Source: Deltaproteobacteria bacterium
Lineage (GTDB): Bacteria; Myxococcota; Kuafuiibacteriia; Kuafuiibacteriales; Kuafuiibacteriaceae
Assembly (NCBI GenBank): GCA_040218735.1
Contig: JAVJQW010000012.1
Span: 416,001-480,000 of the forward strand
DNA length: 64,000 nt
Reading direction: 5' to 3'
Below are positions 28,964-37,493 of the stretch, in pieces (the first letter of the stretch is position 1; each line of letters begins with the position of its first letter). The translations under genes were made by a program, and so were the position numbers. Below the pieces are notes generated by a model, which saw nothing but the letters and a program-made list of their open reading frames with translations, did not search any database and was not told the origin of the DNA.

Positions 28964-30259
28964 TCAGAGCGCGAACGTCGTGTAACGCGAGGCGAGGTTT
29001 TCGATCTTCTCCCCGGTGGCGTACCGGTCGAAGAGCTCCGGCGCGTCCGTGTCGAACACGGTGATCGACGCCCGCGGTGACACGGTGTCGGGCTGACAGA
29101 CGGCCAGCTCCGGCGGGAGCTCCAAGAAGCGGAAGCCGCCCGAGCGGGGCTGCGTAGTCCGCACCTCCCAGCGCGTCTGGGCGTCCCACGCGTACCGTAG
29201 GATCGCGCCGTCGATGCCGGCGTCGGGCCCGACGACCTCCCACTCCAGGAGCGGTCGGTGGCGCGCGGTGAGGCGGACGTCTTGAATGATCGGGAAGTCA
29301 CCGCCGGCGTCGATCGTCGGGGGCAAGGTCTCGAACGACGACGCGGAGACGTTGTGCGCGACGACGACCTGGTCCTCGATCTCGTACTCGACCGTTGCGC
29401 GCACCGGGAGCGTCGTGTCCATGAACGACACGTCGGCCATGGCGGCGGGCACGCTGGGGTCGAACGCGAAGTCACCTCGGGTCGAGAACCCATTCCCCAA
29501 CCCACGGAGGACGAACGTGCCGCTCTTGGCCTCGGGCGGCTGATTTTCGACGCGGAACTGACGGCGGCGGTTACCGGTCACGAACCCATCGAGCTCCCCC
29601 TCGACGCGGCTCGAACGAAGTCTCAAGGTGTCGAGCGCCCAACCGGCGACGTGACCGTCTCGGTCGTAACCGACAACGACCGCCTTGGTGTCCCCGCCCG
29701 GTCTCACGCACGCACGCTGTGCGACGAAGTTGATCGCGTTGCGGTGCACGTACTCACCACCGCAGCCGATACCCACCCAGTTCTCGTAGACGACGGGTGA
29801 GTACGGCGGGAGGCCGATGACGAAGTCCGCGATATAGATGTCTTCCTGCACCGGCGCGACCGCGTAAACGATCGACTCCGAGGACGAGGCGGTGTCGAGG
29901 GTCGAGAGTTGGTGGCAGCTCCCGTCGAGCTCGATCTCGGCGAGCGTCGCGAACACCGCGGTGGGGTCGCGGACCTCGACGGTCTCCCCCCGCGCCATGC
30001 GATGTTTCAAGAGCAGCGAGCCCGCCGCGTCGTGGATGAGCAGCCACGCGTTCGGACGACGGGAGTCCTCGAGGGTGACGTCGAAGCCCGAGCCCTTGGG
30101 GCGGCCTCCACCGCCGTTGCCGTTGCCGTTGCCGTTCCCGCTGCCGTTGCCGCTTCCGTTCCCGGCGCCGCCGAGCTCGTCGCCGAGGCCACCGCCGAGG
30201 GGCTCGACCCCCGCGGAGCAGGCAACGAGGAGGGCCAGGGGCAGGACGGACCACCGCAT
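28964..30259 (-). CDS. Hypothetical lipoprotein with a (GN)n linker
   Basis: MRWSVLPLALLVAC lipobox, then GNGSGNGSGNGNGNGNGGG. Confidence 0.7.
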   Translation of the reverse strand: MRWSVLPLALLVACSAGVEPLGGGLGDELGGAGNGSGNGSGNGNGNGNGGGGRPKGSGFDVTLEDSRRPNAWLLIHDAAGSLLLKHRMARGETVEVRDPTAVFATLAEIELDGSCHQLSTLDTASSSESIVYAVAPVQEDIYIADFVIGLPPYSPVVYENWVGIGCGGEYVHRNAINFVAQRACVRPGGDTKAVVVGYDRDGHVAGWALDTLRLRSSRVEGELDGFVTGNRRRQFRVENQPPEAKSGTFVLRGLGNGFSTRGDFAFDPSVPAAMADVSFMDTTLPVRATVEYEIEDQVVVAHNVSASSFETLPPTIDAGGDFPIIQDVRLTARHRPLLEWEVVGPDAGIDGAILRYAWDAQTRWEVRTTQPRSGGFRFLELPPELAVCQPDTVSPRASITVFDTDAPELFDRYATGEKIENLASRYTTFAL

Positions 30260-30341
30260 GAGATCACTGTGGACGAATTCGAGGCGTCTCGAGGCCAAAA
30301 GATCTCCGCGTTCGGCCGAAAAACGGTGATCGCGATCGCGG

Positions 30342-30848
30342 TCAGGACGGGCGGTGGGTCATGACACACACGTCTGCGCACCTCTGTGCGTCTGCGTTGC
30401 AGCCGTTCATGGCGCTGTCGAAGTCCGCGTCGCAGAACGCGCAGGAGAGCGGGTCGTTGCAGATCATGTAGCACTGGTCGAAGCGCCGGACCTCGACCAC
30501 CGCGCACTCCGACCGGGTCACGAAACAGTCGCCCACGCAGGTTTCGACGTTGGCCTGCTCGACGTCGCAGCACGAGCGGTGGCAGCTCGCGGCCTTCCCG
30601 AGCGCCGCCTTCTGGCAGACCCCCTCGTCCTCGAAGCACTGGATCGCCATCTCGATGTCCTGCATCGCCGTGCAGGCCTGGGGATCGATCGCGCAGGCGG
30701 CGCTGTCCGACTCCAGGGCGGAAGCGCAGGCCATGCACTCGGACGAGAAGACGTCGCAGTCCGGCGGGTTGGTCGTGCCGTCGCCGAGGTCGTCGCCGGA
30801 CGATCCGCAGGCGGCGACGAGGGCGAGGAGGAGGAAACGGGCACGCAC
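30342..30848 (-). CDS. Cys-rich helical lipoprotein
   Basis: Lipobox VAAC; many CxxxC repeats. Confidence 0.7.
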   Translation of the reverse strand: MRARFLLLALVAACGSSGDDLGDGTTNPPDCDVFSSECMACASALESDSAACAIDPQACTAMQDIEMAIQCFEDEGVCQKAALGKAASCHRSCCDVEQANVETCVGDCFVTRSECAVVEVRRFDQCYMICNDPLSCAFCDADFDSAMNGCNADAQRCADVCVMTHRPS

Positions 30849-30985
30849 GTCGGGACGGATCCTACCCGACGCGACGACCTGTGATCACCCGACACCTCGA
30901 CTGACCGTCATTCCAGGGCGAGACATTCGTCGAACGGCGTTCACCCGAGGGTTCGCGGGGTCGGGCTCCCCTACGATTCCACCAC

Positions 30986-32332
30986 GTGCGTGGGTCACGA
31001 CTGCTCCCGCTCCTCGCGATGACGGCCTGTGTCCCGGCGGGCGCCGACAAACGCCTCGTCGAGCTGGAGGACACGCCGGCCCCCACGGACGCCGGCGTGG
31101 TCGTGAAACGTGACGCCGGCCCGCCCGTGCGCCCGCCGCCACCGCCTCCGCGAGACGGCGGCATCGCCCGCGACGGAGGGCCGCGCGACGGCGGCGATCT
31201 CTGCCTCGAACAACCGACGAAGCCGCCGCCCACGCAGAACGTCTTCTACGGCACCGCGACGCCGACCCACGTGGCGCTGACGGCCGGCCAGCAGATGGCG
31301 ATCGGCACGTTCGGCGGATGCAGCGGTGTGTTGATCACGCCGACGTGGGTGCTCACCGCCGAGCACTGCGGGCTCCGCAGCTCGACGCGCTACTGCATCG
31401 GCACCGACCCCGACGATCCGAACGTCTGCATCGCGGCGTCGCGCGTCGTCGACAACCCGTCCGCCGACATGACCCTCGTCGAGCTGTCGCGCGACGCACG
31501 CGATCTCCTCCCCGCCGTCGAGCCCGTCCCGCTCTTCACCGGCACGCTCGACAACAGCTGGCTCGGCACCACCGCGGAGGCGTCGGGGTACGGCCAGCAG
31601 GAGACCGGCCGCAGCGGCCAACGGGAGTTCACCGCGCAGCCGATCGTCTCCGTTCAGGGCAACTACGTGACGATCGACGGCCAGGGTCAGCGCGGCGTCT
31701 GCTTCGGCGACTCGGGCGGCCCGTTGATGGTCATCGCCCCGGACGGAACGACGCGGGTCATCGGCGACCTCAGCCACGGCGACAGCAGCTGCGTCGGACA
31801 AGACAACTACACCCGCGTCGACCGCCACCTCGCGTGGATCGAAGGTTACGTCGGCCCGACCGCGCCGCCCGGCCCGCTGCCCTGCGACAACGTCGACACC
31901 GTCGGTTCTTGCGACGCCGCCTACTCGGTCGCTACGTTCTGCGAGAACGACGAGCTCCAGGTCGACACCTGCGGCGCCGACGCGGTCTGCGCGTGGAGTG
32001 GCATCGGCTGGCGCTGCCTCGACGTCGCGACGGACCCGTGCGGCGGCGTGCTCCCGATCGGCTCCTGCGACGGACACCGCCTGAGCTGGTGTGACCAAGG
32101 CGAGCTTCGGACCCGCGACTGCCAGCTCTGCGAAGAGGCGTGCATCCCGTACGAGGACACGACGCTCGGCGCGGACTGCCTGCCTTCCAACTGCGGCGAC
32201 GTGACGTTCCTCGGCCGCTGCGACGGTGACGCCGCCGAGTGGTGCAATCGCCAAGGGCAGCTCGAGCGCCGCGACTGCGGTTCACGCGGGTGCGGCTGGA
32301 TCGACGACGAAACCGGTTTCTACTGCCGCTGA
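30986..32332 (+). CDS. Trypsin-like (S1) serine protease lipoprotein with a Cys-rich C-terminus
   Basis: Catalytic triad motifs WVLTAEHC, ADMTLVEL, CFGDSGGP; lipobox MTAC. Confidence 0.92.
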   Translation: MRGSRLLPLLAMTACVPAGADKRLVELEDTPAPTDAGVVVKRDAGPPVRPPPPPPRDGGIARDGGPRDGGDLCLEQPTKPPPTQNVFYGTATPTHVALTAGQQMAIGTFGGCSGVLITPTWVLTAEHCGLRSSTRYCIGTDPDDPNVCIAASRVVDNPSADMTLVELSRDARDLLPAVEPVPLFTGTLDNSWLGTTAEASGYGQQETGRSGQREFTAQPIVSVQGNYVTIDGQGQRGVCFGDSGGPLMVIAPDGTTRVIGDLSHGDSSCVGQDNYTRVDRHLAWIEGYVGPTAPPGPLPCDNVDTVGSCDAAYSVATFCENDELQVDTCGADAVCAWSGIGWRCLDVATDPCGGVLPIGSCDGHRLSWCDQGELRTRDCQLCEEACIPYEDTTLGADCLPSNCGDVTFLGRCDGDAAEWCNRQGQLERRDCGSRGCGWIDDETGFYCR

Positions 32333-32341
32333 CATTTGGGC

Positions 32342-33394
32342 ATGATGCGCCGCGTGAAACGCGTGCGGCTCGGCGACGTGGAGATCTCGAACGTCGTCTT
32401 CGGAACGATGGCCCACGGACCGGCGCGCGTGGTGGACGACGCCGACGCCCGCGTGCGCGTCATGCACGCCGCGTTCGACGCGGGCATCGACGCCGTCGAC
32501 ACCGCCCCCCTCTACGAGCTCGGACGCGCCGAAGAGATCGTGGGGCGTGCCGTCCGGGGGCACGACGTCCGCGTGCTCACGAAGGTCGGCCTGCGCTGGG
32601 ACGCGTCGCACGGTGACCTGCTCTTCGCGTTCCCGGACCGCTCCGGGCGCACCGTCGAGGTGCGAAAGAACTCCCGGCCGGAGTCGATCCGCGAGGAGGT
32701 CGAAGCGAGCCTCCGCCGCATCGGCGTCGACGTGCTCGACGTCGTCCAGATCCATCACCACGACCCACACGTCCCGGTGGCCGAGAGCATCGGCGCCCTC
32801 CTCGAGCTCCGCGCGGAGGGGAAGCTACGGTCGATCGGGGTCTGCAACTTCGGCGTCGACGCGCTGAAGGCGGCGAAAGCCGCGCTGGGTGACGTCCCCC
32901 TCGCGAGCGTCCAGGACCGCTACAACCTCCTGGAGCGCGGCATCGAACAGACCGTCCGGCCGTGGGCGCGCAACCACGGCGCACGCATCCTCGCCTACTC
33001 ACCCCTCGCGGAGGGCGCGCTCGTCGGCGTGCGACGCCTCGCCGGCGACGATCCGCGCCAGGACTCGGCGCTCTTCTCGCGCAAGAACTACCGCCGCGTC
33101 GGCGAGAAGCTCGACACGATGGTGCGCCCCGTCGCGCACCGCCACGGCGTCACCGTCGCGCAGATCGCGATCGCCTGGGTCCTCGCGGAAGCGGACGCCG
33201 CGATCGTCGGGGCGAGCACCGAGCGCCAGGCGAAGGAGAACGCCGAGGCGATGTGGATCGGACTGTCGGAGCCGCAGCGAAACCGCGTCGGCGCCACCTT
33301 CTCGGGGTTCGTCGTCCAGCCCGCACAGCCGGCGAGCCGCGCGGAGCGCGTCGCCCGCAAGGTGCAGCGGCGGCTGAGCGCTCTGTTGGACTAA
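32342..33394 (+). CDS. Aldo/keto reductase
   Basis: DTAPLYELGRAEEIVG, EASLRRIGVD, GKLRSIGVCN, YNLLER, AYSPLAEG. Confidence 0.93.
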   Translation: MMRRVKRVRLGDVEISNVVFGTMAHGPARVVDDADARVRVMHAAFDAGIDAVDTAPLYELGRAEEIVGRAVRGHDVRVLTKVGLRWDASHGDLLFAFPDRSGRTVEVRKNSRPESIREEVEASLRRIGVDVLDVVQIHHHDPHVPVAESIGALLELRAEGKLRSIGVCNFGVDALKAAKAALGDVPLASVQDRYNLLERGIEQTVRPWARNHGARILAYSPLAEGALVGVRRLAGDDPRQDSALFSRKNYRRVGEKLDTMVRPVAHRHGVTVAQIAIAWVLAEADAAIVGASTERQAKENAEAMWIGLSEPQRNRVGATFSGFVVQPAQPASRAERVARKVQRRLSALLD

Positions 33395-35112
33395 CGGCGG
33401 CGGCGGAGCAGCACGAGCGCCGCGAAGCCGAACAGCCACCAGCTCGCGCCGCCGGTAGGCGTGACACACGCGCAGCCCGAATCGCGATCGCCGCCGCGCG
33501 CGCCGCTGCCCTGCGGGATGAAGATCGCCACGCGCACGACGACATCGGACTGGAACGAGGTCCCCTCGGCGTCCGTCACCATGAACGTCGCGGTCTCCTG
33601 ACCGAGCTCCGTCGGGCGTCCGATGATGCGGCCTTCCGCGGCGTCGAACGAGAGCCCCGGGGGCAAGGTGCCGCCGAGCATCGACCAGCTGTAGGGCGGG
33701 ACGCCACCCATCGCGACGAGCTGCGCCATGGCCTCCGCGTTGGAGTAGACGACGATCTCGGACGACGCGATGTAGAGCACCATCTCTTCGGTGACGTCGA
33801 CGGTGAACGAGCCCGTCGCCGACGCGCCCGCGCTGTCGCCGACGGCGATGTCGAACGTGAAGGTGCCGGCGGTGGTCGGGACGCCGAACAGCGCGCCCGT
33901 CGCGCCGTCCACCGAGAGGCCCGCGGGGAGCGCGCCGTTCGTGACCTGCACGGAGTACGGCGGGATGCCGCCGCTCACGAGGTCACCCGCGTAGTTCTTG
34001 TTCGTGACGCCCGCGGGGAGCGAGGTCGCGACGCTCAGCGGGCCGGACTCGGCGACGTTGAGGTTCACCGTCGCCATGCCGCTGACGTTTTCGCTGTCGA
34101 CGACGAACACGAGCATCGAGTAGTTCCCGACCGCGTCGGGCGTACCGCTCATGCGCCCCGCGTCCGTGCCCGCGCCCGTGGTGATCAGCCACGACGGCGC
34201 GCCGCTGACGACCTGGTAGCCGTAGGGTGGTGTGCCGCCGCTCGCGGAGAGCTGCGCCATGAAGGGCACGCCGACGCGCGCCTCGGGGAGGGAGGTCGGC
34301 GACACGGAGATCGCGCCGCCACCGCCGCCCTCCAAGACGGTGATCGAGAAGCTCCCGGTGCCGGACGTGAGCCCCGCCTGCTCCGCGGTCGCGGAGAAGC
34401 TGAAGGTGCCGGCGGTCGTCGGGCTCCCGAAGATCTCGCCCGCCGACGACAGCGACAAACCGGACGGGAGCGAGCCCGCGGACACGTACCAGTTCGGTGA
34501 GGTGGCGCCGGACTGGCGGAGCGTCGCGGAGTACGTCGAGCCGACCTGTGCGTTGGGGAGCGTCTCACTCGTCACGCTGATCGCGCCGCCGCCTCCGCCG
34601 CCGCCGATCGTGACCATCGTGCTGAAGACGTAGACGTTGTTGTTCTCGTCGGTCTCGATGAGGTCGTCCCAGGGGTCGGCGATCAGACCCGCGATCCAGA
34701 GGCCGTCGTAGCCGGACGGGACGGTGAACGTCATCGTGCGCGTCGTCGATCCGAAGCCGCCGAGCGAAGAGACGAAGTCTTCGTACAGCAGGTACGCTTC
34801 GGTCGCCGCGGTGTTCTGGATGACGAACCCGACGCTGAACTGACCGGCGGCCGTGCCGCTCACGTTCTCGAGGTCGTAGCTGATCGACACCGTGTCGCCG
34901 ACGCTCAACGACGCGGGCGGCTCGGTGGAGAACGGTACGGAGAAGTCCTGCGCGTACGCGCTCGATTGAGCCCCCGCGAGCGCGAGGAGCGAGAGTACGA
35001 ACAGACGCGGACCGGTCGTCGGGCTAGGCACGGACGCTGGGGTACGTGTTGGGTCCGGGTCAGCCCATCGGACAGTCGGCGGACGTCCGATCGGCGGAAA
35101 TGCCGGCGCCAA
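33391..35112 (-). CDS. CARDB + putative Ig-repeat surface protein with MYXO-CTERM anchor (start uncertain)
   Basis: ETDENNN (CARDB), repeated GGxPPY / GxLPxGLS units, C-terminal GCAC...WWLFGFAALVLLRRRR. Confidence 0.85.
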   Translation of the reverse strand: MAPAFPPIGRPPTVRWADPDPTRTPASVPSPTTGPRLFVLSLLALAGAQSSAYAQDFSVPFSTEPPASLSVGDTVSISYDLENVSGTAAGQFSVGFVIQNTAATEAYLLYEDFVSSLGGFGSTTRTMTFTVPSGYDGLWIAGLIADPWDDLIETDENNNVYVFSTMVTIGGGGGGGAISVTSETLPNAQVGSTYSATLRQSGATSPNWYVSAGSLPSGLSLSSAGEIFGSPTTAGTFSFSATAEQAGLTSGTGSFSITVLEGGGGGAISVSPTSLPEARVGVPFMAQLSASGGTPPYGYQVVSGAPSWLITTGAGTDAGRMSGTPDAVGNYSMLVFVVDSENVSGMATVNLNVAESGPLSVATSLPAGVTNKNYAGDLVSGGIPPYSVQVTNGALPAGLSVDGATGALFGVPTTAGTFTFDIAVGDSAGASATGSFTVDVTEEMVLYIASSEIVVYSNAEAMAQLVAMGGVPPYSWSMLGGTLPPGLSFDAAEGRIIGRPTELGQETATFMVTDAEGTSFQSDVVVRVAIFIPQGSGARGGDRDSGCACVTPTGGASWWLFGFAALVLLRRRR

Positions 35113-35151
35113 TGGTTCCGGACGGTTGCGGGCTCGTGCGCGCCGCCACAG

Positions 35152-35490
35152 TCAGGGAGCGTCACACGCGAGCCACTCGGCGAGCTGCTCGCGGGCCTCC
35201 TCGGACGGGTCGTCCGGGCCCGGCGGCATGGTCGTATTCACGGACGCCGCGCGCACGTAGATCCGATCCTTGTACGCGCGCGCGAGCTCGGCTGTGCCGA
35301 AGTCGTACGCGAGCGGGGCGCCGCGACGGTCCGATCCGATCGCGCCGTGGCACGTTTGGCAGTGCGCGTTCAAGAACGCCGCGCCGAAGTTGTCGTACGT
35401 GAGCTCCGTCTGCTCGCACGACTGCTCGTCGATCGTCTTCGCGCCGCACGCAGCGGTGAGGAGCAACAGCAAGAACAACTTAGAGCGCAT
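35152..35490 (-). CDS. Monoheme c-type cytochrome lipoprotein
   Basis: From ATG 35490: MRSKLFLLLLLTAAC lipobox, CQTCH heme motif, distal MPP. Confidence 0.85.
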   Translation of the reverse strand: MRSKLFLLLLLTAACGAKTIDEQSCEQTELTYDNFGAAFLNAHCQTCHGAIGSDRRGAPLAYDFGTAELARAYKDRIYVRAASVNTTMPPGPDDPSEEAREQLAEWLACDAP

Positions 35491-36049
35491 AACGAAGCCC
35501 CAACGCGCTCGAGAACGCTGCGTAGACCGTTGGACCCCGCGGGTCGGGGAAGAACATCCCGTTCCCCTCCACCGACGCGTACACGCCGATGCCGTCGTTC
35601 TCCGCGATGTCGAAGGTGAGCCCGAGCCCCAGCTCACCGCCGCCGCGGTGACGAATGCCGTCGCCGATCCCGAACAGCGCGCCGGCCGGGCTCTCCTGCA
35701 CGACGTGGAGTGTCTCCTCGTGCTGATGCGCGAGCGACAGCCGCGTGAACGCGCGCACGCCCGGCGTGAGCTCCATCGAGAACCGCGCACCGACGGAGAC
35801 GTACGTGAGCATCCGCTGGTCCACGAGCCCGTACCCGAGCCGCGAGAGGAAGAAGAAGCCGAGCCAGGGCATCGGATCCAATCCGAGCTCGAACGTGGAG
35901 TGCGCCCCGGCGTCGCCGCGCCACGTGGTCTTGGACATCGCGGCGCCGGCGGCGACCGTGAGTCGAGTGGGTTCGTCCTCGGCGCGCGCGGACGGGACAA
36001 AGAGGCCCATCAGCACGGCCACGCCGAGCGTCGTCTTCGTGATCGACAT
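35480..36049 (-). CDS. Small outer-membrane beta-barrel-like protein
   Basis: Signal peptide ending ARA; alternating strands; ends LGLRYAL; overlaps the cytochrome gene. Confidence 0.7.
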   Translation of the reverse strand: MSITKTTLGVAVLMGLFVPSARAEDEPTRLTVAAGAAMSKTTWRGDAGAHSTFELGLDPMPWLGFFFLSRLGYGLVDQRMLTYVSVGARFSMELTPGVRAFTRLSLAHQHEETLHVVQESPAGALFGIGDGIRHRGGGELGLGLTFDIAENDGIGVYASVEGNGMFFPDPRGPTVYAAFSSALGLRYAL

Positions 36050-36092
36050 GGTTCGTGCCTTCGTGCCCGCCGGCCGAGGCGATCCATCGAAG

Positions 36093-37493
36093 TTATTTTC
36101 GTCGACGCGCTTTTCTTCGCCCGGTGAGCGGCGCGGTGCGCGCGCAGCGGGTCGGGTCGGCGGCGGAGAGCGTCACGACGACCTCGCGCGGCTTCGGGTA
36201 CACCTTCGTCTTCTCGACGCGCCGCTCCCACGCGCGCGTCCGCGTGAGGAAGCGCGAGAGATCGTCGGTGCAGGCGTCGAAGATCCGGTCGCGCGCCGCC
36301 CGCGCCGATCCCGCGCGGCCGAGGCGCGCGATGGCGAGGTCCGCGGGGAGGCGACGCCGCACGTCCTTGCCGCCGATCGCGCGCAGGCCGGTGTCGTCCT
36401 TCTGACGCTCCGCGGACCGCACCGCGCGGAAGATCCGCTCGGCGTCGGCGACGCGCTGCCGACGCGCGCTCCAGTCCGCGACGAAGCCCTGGCTACGGAC
36501 CTCGTTCAGCTGCACCTGTCGCTTCGCGCCGCGCGCGCGCTGGACCCGCACGAGGAGCGCGTAGGGATCGACATCGACGGGCCGTCGCGCGAGCAGCGTG
36601 TCGACGAACGCCTGCGCTTCGTCGGCCGCGCCGTCCAGCATCATCGCCTCGACGATCAGCGCCACACCCACGTCCGACTTCGGATCTTTCTCCGCCGCGG
36701 CGCGCGCGGCGTCGACCGCCTTGCGCGCGTCCTTGTCCTCGATCGCGATCCGCGCACGCGCACGTAGCACCGCGGGCGCCTCGGACTCCGTCTTCGCGAG
36801 GCGACGACGCACCTCCTCGAAGTCGCGCTTCCTCACCAGGATCGTGAGCAACGTGGACAGCGCTTCTTCGTCCCCGGGGTCATCCGCCACGACGCGCTTC
36901 GCGAGCGTGAGCGCTTGTGTGTCGTCGATGTCCTTCCAGACCGCGAGCTCGGACGCGTCCCCGTCCGCGACGCGGAGCGTGAGGTTCGTGCGCCCCGCCG
37001 CGAGCAAACACCCGTGAATCGCAGCGGGTGACTCCCCCGCGTGCTCGAGCGCGCGCACCAATCCGTTCGCCGGGTCCGGCGCAAACGCGGGGTCGAGCGC
37101 GTCCTTTGCGGTGGCGAGCGCACGCTTGAGCTTCGCGTGCGCTTCCTCCCGTTGCCCCGCGGCGTCGAACGCGAGCGCCGCGAGGAACAACACGTCCGCC
37201 GGAGCGTCCTTCGCACGCGACGCCTCCGCGAGGGTCTGCCGCGCGCGCCCCAGACCGCCGGGGCCGTTCTTCTGCGCCATCGCGTAGTACGCCGCGAACG
37301 CGGGCTCGCCCGAGAGGTGCTTGGCGGCGCGCAGGCGGTTCTTGGTGAGCAGCCGCGCGACGCCGCGCAGCGGTTCGTACTTCGCGTCGTCTCCGAGTCG
37401 CGCGAGCGCGCGGTCGACGACCTTCCCCTCCAGCGCTGCGCACGCGACGTCGGTCGCCGGCGTGGACAGCGCGAGCAGGAGGACGGCGATCAA
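36093..37493 (-). CDS. Secreted TPR-like protein
   Basis: TTG 37493 overlaps the upstream TGA; hydrophobic leader; Ala-rich helical repeats. Confidence 0.7.
   Translation of the reverse strand: MIAVLLLALSTPATDVACAALEGKVVDRALARLGDDAKYEPLRGVARLLTKNRLRAAKHLSGEPAFAAYYAMAQKNGPGGLGRARQTLAEASRAKDAPADVLFLAALAFDAAGQREEAHAKLKRALATAKDALDPAFAPDPANGLVRALEHAGESPAAIHGCLLAAGRTNLTLRVADGDASELAVWKDIDDTQALTLAKRVVADDPGDEEALSTLLTILVRKRDFEEVRRRLAKTESEAPAVLRARARIAIEDKDARKAVDAARAAAEKDPKSDVGVALIVEAMMLDGAADEAQAFVDTLLARRPVDVDPYALLVRVQRARGAKRQVQLNEVRSQGFVADWSARRQRVADAERIFRAVRSAERQKDDTGLRAIGGKDVRRRLPADLAIARLGRAGSARAARDRIFDACTDDLSRFLTRTRAWERRVEKTKVYPKPREVVVTLSAADPTRCARTAPLTGRRKARRRK

Noticed and set aside
30110-30170. (CCGTTG)n-like microsatellite as a phase-variation switch
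   Set aside because: In-frame hexamer encoding a Gly-Asn linker; slippage would not shift the frame.
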